Of a DNA stretch of 64,000 bases, positions 17,369 through 26,753 are shown one piece after another. The notes beneath the pieces are model-generated. The model was not told where the DNA came from and did no database searches. It saw only the letters and a list, made by a program, of their open reading frames with translations. The position numbers and the translations under genes are program-made. Source of the stretch: a virus; the IMG/VR virus record IMGVR_UViG_3300009702_000017, positions 36,315 to 100,314 of that record, one strand, 5' to 3'. Position 1 is the stretch's first letter; each line of letters starts with the position of its first letter.

Positions 17369-20300
17369 CTAACTTGTAGCAGGCACCCACCCTTTATCAA
17401 AGGTGAAGCTACCTTGCGTACCGTGACGCCTCTGGTGTAGCTGTGTGAGGAAGTGCTCAAAGTCGGTACGTAAGTTCGCCTTGCGCGCCAGCATAGCGTT
17501 CTCGCGTTCCTGGCGACGTGGAGTTCCCGGAGGGAAGAACTTGTCCAGATACGGAGAGAACTCCCTCAGATACTCGTGATCGGGAATGGACTGTGCACCT
17601 CTGATGAACGGTTCTAGCTGCTGTGGATCAAAATCCATACGGTTGTCCGCAAATGCATGCCAGAAGTTGTTGTAGTACGGCGCCGGAGTGCCATACATCG
17701 CATTTGGATTGTAGTCAAGTGCCAAACGATCATTCGGGAAGTACCTGAATGCCTGTTCCTTATCGATAGCAGCAATCCTACCATCCTTGCGCACGATGAA
17801 ATTGTCCGGGTGACTGTCGTGCTGGGACATCAGCCAATCGGCTACGTGAGCGGCCCCAACGTCCCTCTTCTGCACATCCGTTAGCTTGGACGGTGGGATA
17901 GACCTCAACGTCCCTGTCGTGTCATAGAGAGGCTGCACGGTGGCTACATTGTCACCGTTATTCACTCGATGGATTGGCACCGCAACTGGATTGAACCTAC
18001 GCTCGATACGCGACAGCGCCTGCTGCACATCGGCTCGGAATGGCTCTGGCTCGCCCGCTTTTGAAAGTGCTGGCTTTACAAGCCACTTGCTTCCGTTCTT
18101 GTGCTGCGGTCCCTCGTAGATGTGCTTCTCACCCGCACCTCCAAGATTAGCTCCATTCCGAACATACTGAAGCTCATGGAACTCTGGTTCTTCGTCGCTT
18201 TTCCCTAACTTCTCTTCGGTCTGTGTCGGGGCGTACACTTGTTGTATATCACCCTGTTCCCCATGCCTGAACACTGGGATGTTGTACTTCTTGCCCAAAT
18301 CAACAAGTTGTGCTGCCCGGTCAGCTGCCCTTTCCGCGTAGTACGACGAAGATTTTTCGAGATGTGGATAATGCAATGAAGCAACATCCTTACTCAAGTC
18401 TACTCCACCATGAATATGTGCTTCTGGTGCATTTATAAAGCGATCTAGCTTACTCCCGTTCGCCAACCCAATAATAGGTGACTGCGAGTTCAATCTATTC
18501 GGGAGCACACCCAGTCTTGGATTTCCGGTGGTGGTTTGAAATATATTCTGAAATGCAATTATACGAGGAAATTCTGATGTTACAGGATGAAGATCCGCTC
18601 CCTCCCTAGGGGACATTCCAGTCGTACTGTCAGCGATATATGCGGTATCGTCACCTGTAAAGGTAGACCGATCCTTAACATGCGGCTTTAACTCTGCCCA
18701 ATAGTCCCCATACCCACGGGCGCCCCCTCGATCAAAAGTCAAATTAGGATGACGACTAGCTATATGTAATGCACCGTATACCGGCCGATACTTCCCATCC
18801 AAATCCCTGGGGAATTTGAATACACTTTCATCCCACTTTTCTCTGTCGGGCCTATCATCTCCCCAATCGCTAGGCGTCCCGTTTGCGAAGGTATTCACAA
18901 ATCTCCCACGCCTCATTAGTCCAGCAATGGCTTCGTGAGGGAAATTCATGGTAATTGGAGCTTCCTCTACATACCTGATGATCTCTGGATCCGAAAGAAC
19001 CTTGTGATAGAAGTCGTATCTATTTTGCAACGGAATACCAGCCGCATCGTTCTGCATCGTCCTAATCACTTTATTGAAATCCGGGTTACTTGGATTGAAC
19101 ACATTGGCAAGGTACTCGGTCCAAACCTTACCATTGTTCCTCCAAGTAGGAGCATTCGGCTTAAATATCTTATCAATAGCTTCCGGGGAATGCTTTCCTA
19201 GCTTCTCTTCCTCTGGCAATGGAAGGTGGACCTGTTCTACCTTGCCTGTGTCACGATCATGCTTGAACACAGGAAGATTGTACTTCTTACCAAGCTCTAC
19301 CATGTCGTTCACCTCACTGGGAGCTATAATCGACGAGTAGTGTAACGAATGTACGTCGTCTGGTAAATGAACACCTCCATGGATCTGCGCTTCAATTGGC
19401 CGAGTACCATTGACACGATACGCAGTCTTATCTACCTTATGCAAATCTGGATGAAGCCAATTCAAAAGTGCGGCACCTGTTGTCTGAACCATACGTGGCT
19501 TCTGGTCTACTAGATCGTTAGGATTGGCAAAGAATAGGTGCTGATACGCAAGCGCTTTCGGGTGATTGATCGTGACAGGCATCCTATGTGCATCTGGCCC
19601 ACTATACGCAAATGTATCGTGTCCCGTGAACGTAGACCTATTCTTCACATGATCATGTAGCTGCGCCCACGCTGCCCCATACGTACTATGGCCTCCATAT
19701 TTTGCTGTATCGCTGTCGTCTCTATTGGTTATGGCAAGAGCACCATAGATGGGTCGGATGGGTCCGGTCTTCATCAAATCTTCCACAGTGTCACGATCAC
19801 GATTAAACGGGAATCCAAATACATCCCGTTCAATGCTCGGCCTCAACCCAGAATAGGAATCTCCCCCGTTTGCATCTGGGTGGAAAGCGTTGAGGAACTT
19901 CCCATCCTTTAGTAATCGTCTAGCCGTAGGTGGATTGAAATTGACAGTGATAGGTGCTTTCTGAATTGCATCCAATAGCTTCTCGTCGAAGACGGGAGCA
20001 TGCTCTTTGAGTGATGGATTCAAGCGATCGTTGATGAAATCTTCCCAGTCCTTTCCGTTCTGTCGAAATCTCTCTACGTTCGGTTCCCAATACTGCTTGA
20101 TCGCTTCCCGTGAGTGCTTTGCCAGCTTGGACTCGCTCTTCCCAATATCATCCTCTTCGGGACTCCAGGTACCACGGTTGAAGACAGATTTGATCTGATG
20201 AGGATGAAAAGCAATGTAGCCTGTCCCTCCTTCGATCTCGTTAGGATACACAACACCGTCGTAGCCTTGATCCAGGAGCTTACGCTTCAGTGCTTGTGCC

Positions 20301-21697
20301 AGTTCGTAAGCGACCTCGTGAGATCCAGTCTCCCGATCCCTTCCAATGAGGTCTAGGTGCACTTCCCTTCTATAGTCGGCGTCGTTGTCATACCGATCCC
20401 ACCCCGGGTCATCGGGATGCCGGCCGATCCAACCATAAGCCTCTGGCAAGTCACTCAAATGGCCTGGAAGATCCTGCTCTAGGATCATGTTCGATAGCTT
20501 ATCTTCGTCTACATAGAGAGGATTGCGGAGCGATAAATAAGCTGGGATGACGCGCCCACCAACGTTTTCGTCGCCTTCGCCGTGGAAACGGCTATCCCTC
20601 CAGTCGCCAGTCTTCTGCGATCCAGTAAATGCGCTTCCTACCTGTGGAGAATCACTGAAATGTGCGCCCAAGAACGAATTTGGGTCCCCGCTAGATCCAA
20701 CAAACGGACCCTCAAGCTCCTCTTCATCAGGCTCATATGGGTCAGCTCCATTAGTGCTAAACTCACTGAAGTTCACAGGCGAGTTCGTACCATGGTACAC
20801 TACCTTGGGTCTATTGTTCTCTGTGATCTGAGAACCATTGAACCAGTGCTTGAACGCTGGGCTGTTTTCCATCGAAGGATCTCGTCCAGACTTCGGTTCA
20901 TCGAACATAGCCAGCTGTTCCGCCTTTTCAAGAGGGCGCTGCTTCTCCCACTCGTCCCACTTCGGTCCCTTGTAGGTCACATGGCCGTTGTGGTCAAAGC
21001 CATATCCAGGCATGAGGGTAGCTATCGTACATCTACAATGCGGGTGCTCCCCAGCAATGCTCGGTTCATTGTCTCCACGCTTATGGTAGCCGGCCTTGCA
21101 TTCTGACAAGCGCCATAGTCTCGGCGTTACATCGTCTTCGTTCAAGTGAAGACGCTTACACTCATCACACAGATGCTCGTCATGTACGACCACGAAATAG
21201 ACAACTGGATCGTTTTCTCCAACGTCCTCATTGATCTTGACGATTCCCTCTAGAGCACCAAAGGCACGTCCGTTCTGCGCCTCGCTATCGATGATTGTCT
21301 TGACATTCTTGCCGACCTCACCCCATACATCCGTGAGCTTTCCGTTCAACACCGTCTCTACGTCAGTGTCGATGCCCTGAGCCTTCGCATCCGCGAGGAA
21401 CGAAGATACTTCGTTGACGACCTTGGCCTTTGCATTAGCGCGAGAGGCATCGAGATAGTTTTCTGCAACGGATAACAACGACTTCAATACCCGAGGATTT
21501 CCATTGACCCCTTCCGCCTCTGCGGCAGTAAGGTACAAGCCCGGAAGAGACATCCGCGACTTACGACCAAACAAGATACGCTTGTCGATGCTACCTTTTC
21601 CGAGGAAGCGAGACTTGGCGCGGTCAAACATTTGATCGATGAGACTATCGATCAACTTGAGAGCGGCGCCAGAGAGAACGTAGTGCGGCGCTGGCAT
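17369..21697 (-). CDS. MuF-like minor head protein fused to an ART-PolyVal-like domain, two DUF3626-like repeats and a kinase-like domain
   Basis: CDEC...HPHCRC (MuF); FKHWF.GS...KVVYHGT; duplicated RP.YGAL...RSTFTG.DT...EA.IHGGV.L..DV.SLHY; C-terminal WLVKP...DSHPDNF...IDKEQAF. Confidence 0.8.
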   Translation of the reverse strand: MPAPHYVLSGAALKLIDSLIDQMFDRAKSRFLGKGSIDKRILFGRKSRMSLPGLYLTAAEAEGVNGNPRVLKSLLSVAENYLDASRANAKAKVVNEVSSFLADAKAQGIDTDVETVLNGKLTDVWGEVGKNVKTIIDSEAQNGRAFGALEGIVKINEDVGENDPVVYFVVVHDEHLCDECKRLHLNEDDVTPRLWRLSECKAGYHKRGDNEPSIAGEHPHCRCTIATLMPGYGFDHNGHVTYKGPKWDEWEKQRPLEKAEQLAMFDEPKSGRDPSMENSPAFKHWFNGSQITENNRPKVVYHGTNSPVNFSEFSTNGADPYEPDEEELEGPFVGSSGDPNSFLGAHFSDSPQVGSAFTGSQKTGDWRDSRFHGEGDENVGGRVIPAYLSLRNPLYVDEDKLSNMILEQDLPGHLSDLPEAYGWIGRHPDDPGWDRYDNDADYRREVHLDLIGRDRETGSHEVAYELAQALKRKLLDQGYDGVVYPNEIEGGTGYIAFHPHQIKSVFNRGTWSPEEDDIGKSESKLAKHSREAIKQYWEPNVERFRQNGKDWEDFINDRLNPSLKEHAPVFDEKLLDAIQKAPITVNFNPPTARRLLKDGKFLNAFHPDANGGDSYSGLRPSIERDVFGFPFNRDRDTVEDLMKTGPIRPIYGALAITNRDDSDTAKYGGHSTYGAAWAQLHDHVKNRSTFTGHDTFAYSGPDAHRMPVTINHPKALAYQHLFFANPNDLVDQKPRMVQTTGAALLNWLHPDLHKVDKTAYRVNGTRPIEAQIHGGVHLPDDVHSLHYSSIIAPSEVNDMVELGKKYNLPVFKHDRDTGKVEQVHLPLPEEEKLGKHSPEAIDKIFKPNAPTWRNNGKVWTEYLANVFNPSNPDFNKVIRTMQNDAAGIPLQNRYDFYHKVLSDPEIIRYVEEAPITMNFPHEAIAGLMRRGRFVNTFANGTPSDWGDDRPDREKWDESVFKFPRDLDGKYRPVYGALHIASRHPNLTFDRGGARGYGDYWAELKPHVKDRSTFTGDDTAYIADSTTGMSPREGADLHPVTSEFPRIIAFQNIFQTTTGNPRLGVLPNRLNSQSPIIGLANGSKLDRFINAPEAHIHGGVDLSKDVASLHYPHLEKSSSYYAERAADRAAQLVDLGKKYNIPVFRHGEQGDIQQVYAPTQTEEKLGKSDEEPEFHELQYVRNGANLGGAGEKHIYEGPQHKNGSKWLVKPALSKAGEPEPFRADVQQALSRIERRFNPVAVPIHRVNNGDNVATVQPLYDTTGTLRSIPPSKLTDVQKRDVGAAHVADWLMSQHDSHPDNFIVRKDGRIAAIDKEQAFRYFPNDRLALDYNPNAMYGTPAPYYNNFWHAFADNRMDFDPQQLEPFIRGAQSIPDHEYLREFSPYLDKFFPPGTPRRQERENAMLARKANLRTDFEHFLTQLHQRRHGTQGSFTFDKGWVPATS

Positions 21698-23805
21698 TAG
21701 TTCTCCTTTGGTAGATAGTTCCTACGAATTACCTTGCAAGCCTCTTTGAGCATCCGCTTGGAGTCATTTTCCCACCACTGCATGAAATCGTTCACGGTGA
21801 CCTTGTGGTGAGCCAAGACCCTACGCTTCGACGTAGGTAACTGACGCTCGGACTTGGTAAGGGAGTCCAAGGCAAGATCGGCGCTTCTGGATAGATCCTG
21901 TTCTCCAGACATGTCCTGTTCGGGCGATGGCTGACCCGCTTCGCTTGCCTGTGTGCCTTCCTGGCCCTGGGCCTCGGCTGGGGCGTCACCACTGCCCGCT
22001 GCAGCTCCTGGGGCTCCCTGGGCGCCCTGCTGTTGCTGCATTTGAGCCTGCTGCTGCATTTGAGCCTGTTGCTGCATCTGCTGCCATTCGAACCAGAACG
22101 GGTCTCTAATGTAGGCAAGGGACTGATCTTGGGATGCCCCCTGGACCCCCAACAGCTTCTCCACGATGACACCTACCGGAACGTACTTGTCAATGACAGC
22201 TTGCCACTGTGGATTGAGAAGGAAATCGCCCCCAAGTTGCTGGTCAATCGGATCCTTCTCTACCGCCTCCAGCACCTTGTTCATCGTCATATGCAGCGGC
22301 ATGTCTTGCTGCAACCGGATGGACTCCTTCTCTGCCGTCTCGGACTCTAGACCAAGAAGCTTCAAGGTGCAAATCTTCGACAAGTTCTTGTCGATGACAG
22401 GCATGATGTAGGTGTTGAGAAAGTCCTGCCACTGTGCAATTAGCGGCCTAATACCTACGTCTCTGGCTGCCTCCAACTTGTACTCGGCGTTAGATTCGGA
22501 TAGAGCCTGATTGTTTGTACCGCGAGACAAGTGGGCGTAGCCAGGAAGCTCCTCTGGAGACATTTGGAACGCTGCCATGATAGTCCGCGCGTTTGTGTCC
22601 GACAAGAACTGGAACTCCATATCACGCTGACCTTGATCAATCGGGGTCCAATTGATCCTGTCTTCTGGCCCGATACCAAATACGGGCATACGCCAGGAGT
22701 TGTCTACGCCATTGATGTTCGCATTGAACTCTTGCTGCACCTGAGATACAACCTGCTCATCTACCTCTTCCGACTGAATGATGAGCATTCCCCGGGTAGC
22801 GCGGCCAGACTGGAAGTACAGCTTGTTGTGGGTCGTAATGTTGATGTGGGTTGTAACGGCTGCTAGAATAGTATCAAGCGGAGTTACTGGATACCCATCT
22901 AACTCAATGTCGTTCACAGGATAGAAATTATGTACCACACACTCTTCGTCTGTGAATGCCTGCTTCGGAGTTCCATCGATAACCTGAATCCAGGTGTACT
23001 CGTCATTCTCAAACCGCTCTGGCTCCAGCCTTTCGTTCTTGAAGCGCTCAAGTAGCTTCCGGGCTTGATCACGAATAGCTTGCTCAGCCTCCTGCTGCGG
23101 AGTGGCACGGTAGATGGTACCAGCGTCGATTGGACGGAAGCTGTGGAACTCACGCTCCCCATTACCATTCATCACGTAGATGAGTTCTGTCGCAATACGC
23201 CCAACTGTGATTGCGTTTTTGGTACTACGCAATAGGTACTGCGAAAACGTCATGCGATCTTCTGCATGATCATAGCCTTCTACTCGACCACAGCTATATA
23301 GGAGCTTCTCAGCCTTCTCAATACGATCCCGAAGAGCCTCTTTTTGCTCTTCATCCATCTTGTCCGTCGTACCTGGATTTGGTTCAATAACGTAACCAGT
23401 CGAGAAGCGATCGGGACGAGGACGACCAAAGGTTCCAACGTGATTGCCTCGTGCGTTTATAATGGCAGCGACAAGATCGTCCTGAATGGCAATGCGCTTC
23501 AGAACCCTATCTGGAATCATCCGCAGCTTGGCGCGGTAGACTGACTGGTACTCACCCGGATGGTTTGGATCCTTTTCAAAGGCCAAGCGCGTGATACTAC
23601 GCTTACCACCTGGACCATTGAGGATATTCAATACACTCTTGGCTAGAGAAGGATAGCCATCAGACGTTGCATCCTCCTCCGATTTCTCTAGAGACGCTTC
23701 CACGAACGGATCGATGAACGCGACCGAAACCCCCTTGGGGCGCTTAGATCCGATGGGATACATCTTGAGCGACAAGGGCTCTTCGTGGTGAATTGAGGAA
23801 GACAT
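21697..23805 (-). CDS. portal protein (Herelleviridae-like)
   Basis: DAGTI, GYPVTPLD, YFQSG.ATRGML, DMEFQ, MSPEE and GIRPL motifs; Gln-rich tail; start at TAATG overlap 23805. Confidence 0.85.
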   Translation of the reverse strand: MSSSIHHEEPLSLKMYPIGSKRPKGVSVAFIDPFVEASLEKSEEDATSDGYPSLAKSVLNILNGPGGKRSITRLAFEKDPNHPGEYQSVYRAKLRMIPDRVLKRIAIQDDLVAAIINARGNHVGTFGRPRPDRFSTGYVIEPNPGTTDKMDEEQKEALRDRIEKAEKLLYSCGRVEGYDHAEDRMTFSQYLLRSTKNAITVGRIATELIYVMNGNGEREFHSFRPIDAGTIYRATPQQEAEQAIRDQARKLLERFKNERLEPERFENDEYTWIQVIDGTPKQAFTDEECVVHNFYPVNDIELDGYPVTPLDTILAAVTTHINITTHNKLYFQSGRATRGMLIIQSEEVDEQVVSQVQQEFNANINGVDNSWRMPVFGIGPEDRINWTPIDQGQRDMEFQFLSDTNARTIMAAFQMSPEELPGYAHLSRGTNNQALSESNAEYKLEAARDVGIRPLIAQWQDFLNTYIMPVIDKNLSKICTLKLLGLESETAEKESIRLQQDMPLHMTMNKVLEAVEKDPIDQQLGGDFLLNPQWQAVIDKYVPVGVIVEKLLGVQGASQDQSLAYIRDPFWFEWQQMQQQAQMQQQAQMQQQQGAQGAPGAAAGSGDAPAEAQGQEGTQASEAGQPSPEQDMSGEQDLSRSADLALDSLTKSERQLPTSKRRVLAHHKVTVNDFMQWWENDSKRMLKEACKVIRRNYLPKEN

Positions 23806-24788
23806 TACTCGGTAGAAATGACAGTGAGGTTTAGGGTCTGCGTACTCTTGTTCACCACTTCCATCGACCACGTTGGACCAATCTTGGTGAGATAGGCTAC
23901 GCTAGCTGGGTCAGCTGCGGTACTAGGTGACAAACGCTGGTAATCTCCGGTGTCCCCATTCATACGTACAACGCACTCTTGGTCTGCCTCGATGTGAACG
24001 AATCGTTTGGAAGACGTATAGAACTGAAGCCCAGTCGCATCCGGCAAAATACCGGTCTCGGTCGCAAGCGGTGAGGTGCTTGCAAACTCGATCCACGTAG
24101 AAGTCACTCGCTGCAACTCGTAGGTCTTTTGGGTGCCAATGGCGAATCCAGCACTAATAGCAAGTTTGTCTCCTGGCTGTACACCATCGGCCGAAAAAGC
24201 GATCAGTTGTGCATCAGAGGTGAGCGTGACGCTTTCGGAAACACCAGTAAAGACTTCTCCTGCGAGGCGAGTTAGCTGAATTTGGGTAGTGGACTGAACC
24301 GCCATCACCTGCCAGAATCCCACATTGAGGAAGTTGAACGGCGAAGCCGAGTCTCCAGTTAGCTGACCCGGAATGAACAGCGTATCACCGGGCGCGACAC
24401 CAGCAAACGACCCAACATCGATCTGCATAGTAACACTACCATTGCTATTGACCGTAGTAGTAACGGTAGAGCCAGAAAGCGCCAGATTCCGATCTGTCCT
24501 AAATACCGGGTTCGTACCACTAGTCCAGGTAAGCCTATAGATACCCCTGTTCGCCACATTCTCTTCAAGCGAGAACTGCGATGTAGCGTCTGTCAGAGTA
24601 GTACGCACACCATTGAAGATCGATAGCGTAGCAGATGGATCAACCGCATATCCCCTAGACGTTGGGTTTTCAACAATCAATCCACTCTGCTCATGAGTCC
24701 AGTCTACAAACCTGCGCTGTGGATTGTCGTTAGCGGCAGAGTCACCGTAAGCGATGATTTTGATTAAGTGTCTGAAAACCGCATTCAT
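23805..24788 (-). CDS. putative structural protein
   Basis: Ser/Thr/Gly-rich beta protein; AGGAG RBS before ATG 24788. Confidence 0.65.
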   Translation of the reverse strand: MNAVFRHLIKIIAYGDSAANDNPQRRFVDWTHEQSGLIVENPTSRGYAVDPSATLSIFNGVRTTLTDATSQFSLEENVANRGIYRLTWTSGTNPVFRTDRNLALSGSTVTTTVNSNGSVTMQIDVGSFAGVAPGDTLFIPGQLTGDSASPFNFLNVGFWQVMAVQSTTQIQLTRLAGEVFTGVSESVTLTSDAQLIAFSADGVQPGDKLAISAGFAIGTQKTYELQRVTSTWIEFASTSPLATETGILPDATGLQFYTSSKRFVHIEADQECVVRMNGDTGDYQRLSPSTAADPASVAYLTKIGPTWSMEVVNKSTQTLNLTVISTE

Positions 24789-24808
24789 TGGCGTACTCCT
24801 ACTCCCCA

Positions 24809-24814
24809 TAGATT
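24809..24814 (-). promoter_or_regulatory. candidate late promoter AATCTA
   Basis: CGTAATCTATG in the gap after terL. Confidence 0.4.
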
Positions 24815-24818
24815 ACGG

Positions 24819-26753
24819 CTAGATACCAAAGTGGAAGCCGCCCTTCTTTTTCACACCGCCGGTGATGACTCGACCCGGCCTAACGCCGGTAAGCTGTTCG
24901 ATCTGCTTCTGCATCCAGTCATCTTGGGTATACCGCGCATCAATCGTAACTGGCCTTCGCCCCTCTTCTAATATGGGGGGGCCACTAATCCCCTTCCCCT
25001 TCTTGAACGTATTCATCAATCCATAACGCAATGCATCACAACTGTCGTCATCCTCCTCGTCGGGCTTGTTAGTCAAATTTCCCTCCGAGTCGGTAGCAAA
25101 GTGGTACTTGGATATACGCTCGAAAGCAGTGTCGATAGCCTTATCTCCCTTCAGGAAATACAACCTGGACGGCATTCCTACGGGGTGAATCATGGCACGA
25201 GTCAACTCAATACCAGCCTTCACACTTCCCGCATTCTTCTTCCACGTTACACAACGAAACCCCTTACGCTTAAACGTCTTTGTCGAAGCCGGATCCTCCG
25301 GGTCTGCGTAAATCTTCGGATCGTAATCTCGGATTTGCTGGTTGCACACGTCAATCTTCTGCTCTAACTCCAACCCTTCCTTTGAGATAGACTCCAACAC
25401 AAAAGCCCTATCACCATCTACCGCAAAAAGAATGACAGCAAACGGGTGAGTGAATCCGTAGTCCATACCCGCCACGAACTTCGTACCCCTAGACTTGAAT
25501 AGCGCAACAAGTTCCTGCTTTGAGAAATCCTCCGAATACTCCTCGCCGGTCACCATTGACGCAATTTCAGCGGCAGTCTTCTTCTGCCTTTCCGCATCAA
25601 GGTACGGATAAATCAAGCCATATGCCCCTGGCTTGCGACACATCAGCTGTGCATTCGCTTCTTCAAGGTCAACGCTCTTGAACTGATTGACAACGTGCGT
25701 AATAGGCTTCAGCAAGGGTGGGTACAGATCATCTGGCAACGAGCCCCGCTGCTTTGTCGCAAGGCGCCCCTTACACATCGCAAATAAGTTACAGTTACGC
25801 AGACAACCAACAAAGCCTTCGTCTCGCTCGTACTTCTTCTGCTTCTCTGGAGGCAGGCCGTTGTATTGCTTTTCCGAAATCGATTCCAGGTACTCGTCAC
25901 TGTAGTAGATAGGGATACGAGGGAAGTCTGGAAGGTGTCGATCTGGAGTGCACTTCTCTGTCACATCGATGATGTTCCAGTGCCGAATCTGTAAGTCACT
26001 CCTCTCTGGGTCCTTCTCATGCTTGTCAATCTCCTGCTGTACTAGACCATATGAAGTCTTTCGCGTACTGGTGAGAAAGACCACGGGGTTGTGGCGCTCC
26101 TCATCAGGCGATGGAATCATCTTCGACTCCTTGTACGCCCTGGGATTCGCCAAGTCCATCTCGTCTAGACAGAAGAACGGAACGTGCTCTGAGTTTGCAC
26201 CGGCCACAGTACCTACAATCACCTGAAGATACTTGGTGTACTTCTTGTAGCGAAACTGCTCCTCATCAGAAAGCTCAAGGTACTTAGCGCGATTTAGGAA
26301 TTCCCCAGTTTCGCGACGTTCATACCACTCAACCTCAAGACGTCTCTGGCTCGAGCTTACCTTGTAATCACGCAAATATGGCCTATCGAAAAACCCCTGA
26401 ATGTAGCTAACTGCCTTTGCGGACTGCGATGTAATGGCCGCCATATGAGCAACATTCCTACGACCATGCAACATGGTTGCAACGTGAAGTGCCGCTGAAC
26501 CAAGAGTCTTAAAGCCTTCTCGATAAGCATATGCAAGCAAACGGCTAATGCTAGCGTCGTTCCGAAGCATAGCAGAGTAAAGCTCCCAAATCATGTCCAT
26601 GGGAGACGAATTCGACTGTTCATCAATGATCGAATCAGTAAAATTCAGATGCAGGTATATCTGCATCCACCGATGCAAGTCCTGTTTAGTCTCACACGGG
26701 AGAAAAAGTGCTTGCCTGTAAAGGCGATCTTTATCACTAACTATCATTGCCAT
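24819..26753 (-). CDS. terL: terminase large subunit
   Basis: AYREGFKT Walker A-like, CLDEMD Walker B, GMDYG and DDSCDALRY nuclease motifs; upstream of the portal. Confidence 0.88.
   Translation of the reverse strand: MAMIVSDKDRLYRQALFLPCETKQDLHRWMQIYLHLNFTDSIIDEQSNSSPMDMIWELYSAMLRNDASISRLLAYAYREGFKTLGSAALHVATMLHGRRNVAHMAAITSQSAKAVSYIQGFFDRPYLRDYKVSSSQRRLEVEWYERRETGEFLNRAKYLELSDEEQFRYKKYTKYLQVIVGTVAGANSEHVPFFCLDEMDLANPRAYKESKMIPSPDEERHNPVVFLTSTRKTSYGLVQQEIDKHEKDPERSDLQIRHWNIIDVTEKCTPDRHLPDFPRIPIYYSDEYLESISEKQYNGLPPEKQKKYERDEGFVGCLRNCNLFAMCKGRLATKQRGSLPDDLYPPLLKPITHVVNQFKSVDLEEANAQLMCRKPGAYGLIYPYLDAERQKKTAAEIASMVTGEEYSEDFSKQELVALFKSRGTKFVAGMDYGFTHPFAVILFAVDGDRAFVLESISKEGLELEQKIDVCNQQIRDYDPKIYADPEDPASTKTFKRKGFRCVTWKKNAGSVKAGIELTRAMIHPVGMPSRLYFLKGDKAIDTAFERISKYHFATDSEGNLTNKPDEEDDDSCDALRYGLMNTFKKGKGISGPPILEEGRRPVTIDARYTQDDWMQKQIEQLTGVRPGRVITGGVKKKGGFHFGI

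Noticed and set aside
22020-22090. 18-nt tandem repeats
   Set aside because: They encode the Gln-rich portal tail (QQQAQM); no spacers, so not CRISPR.
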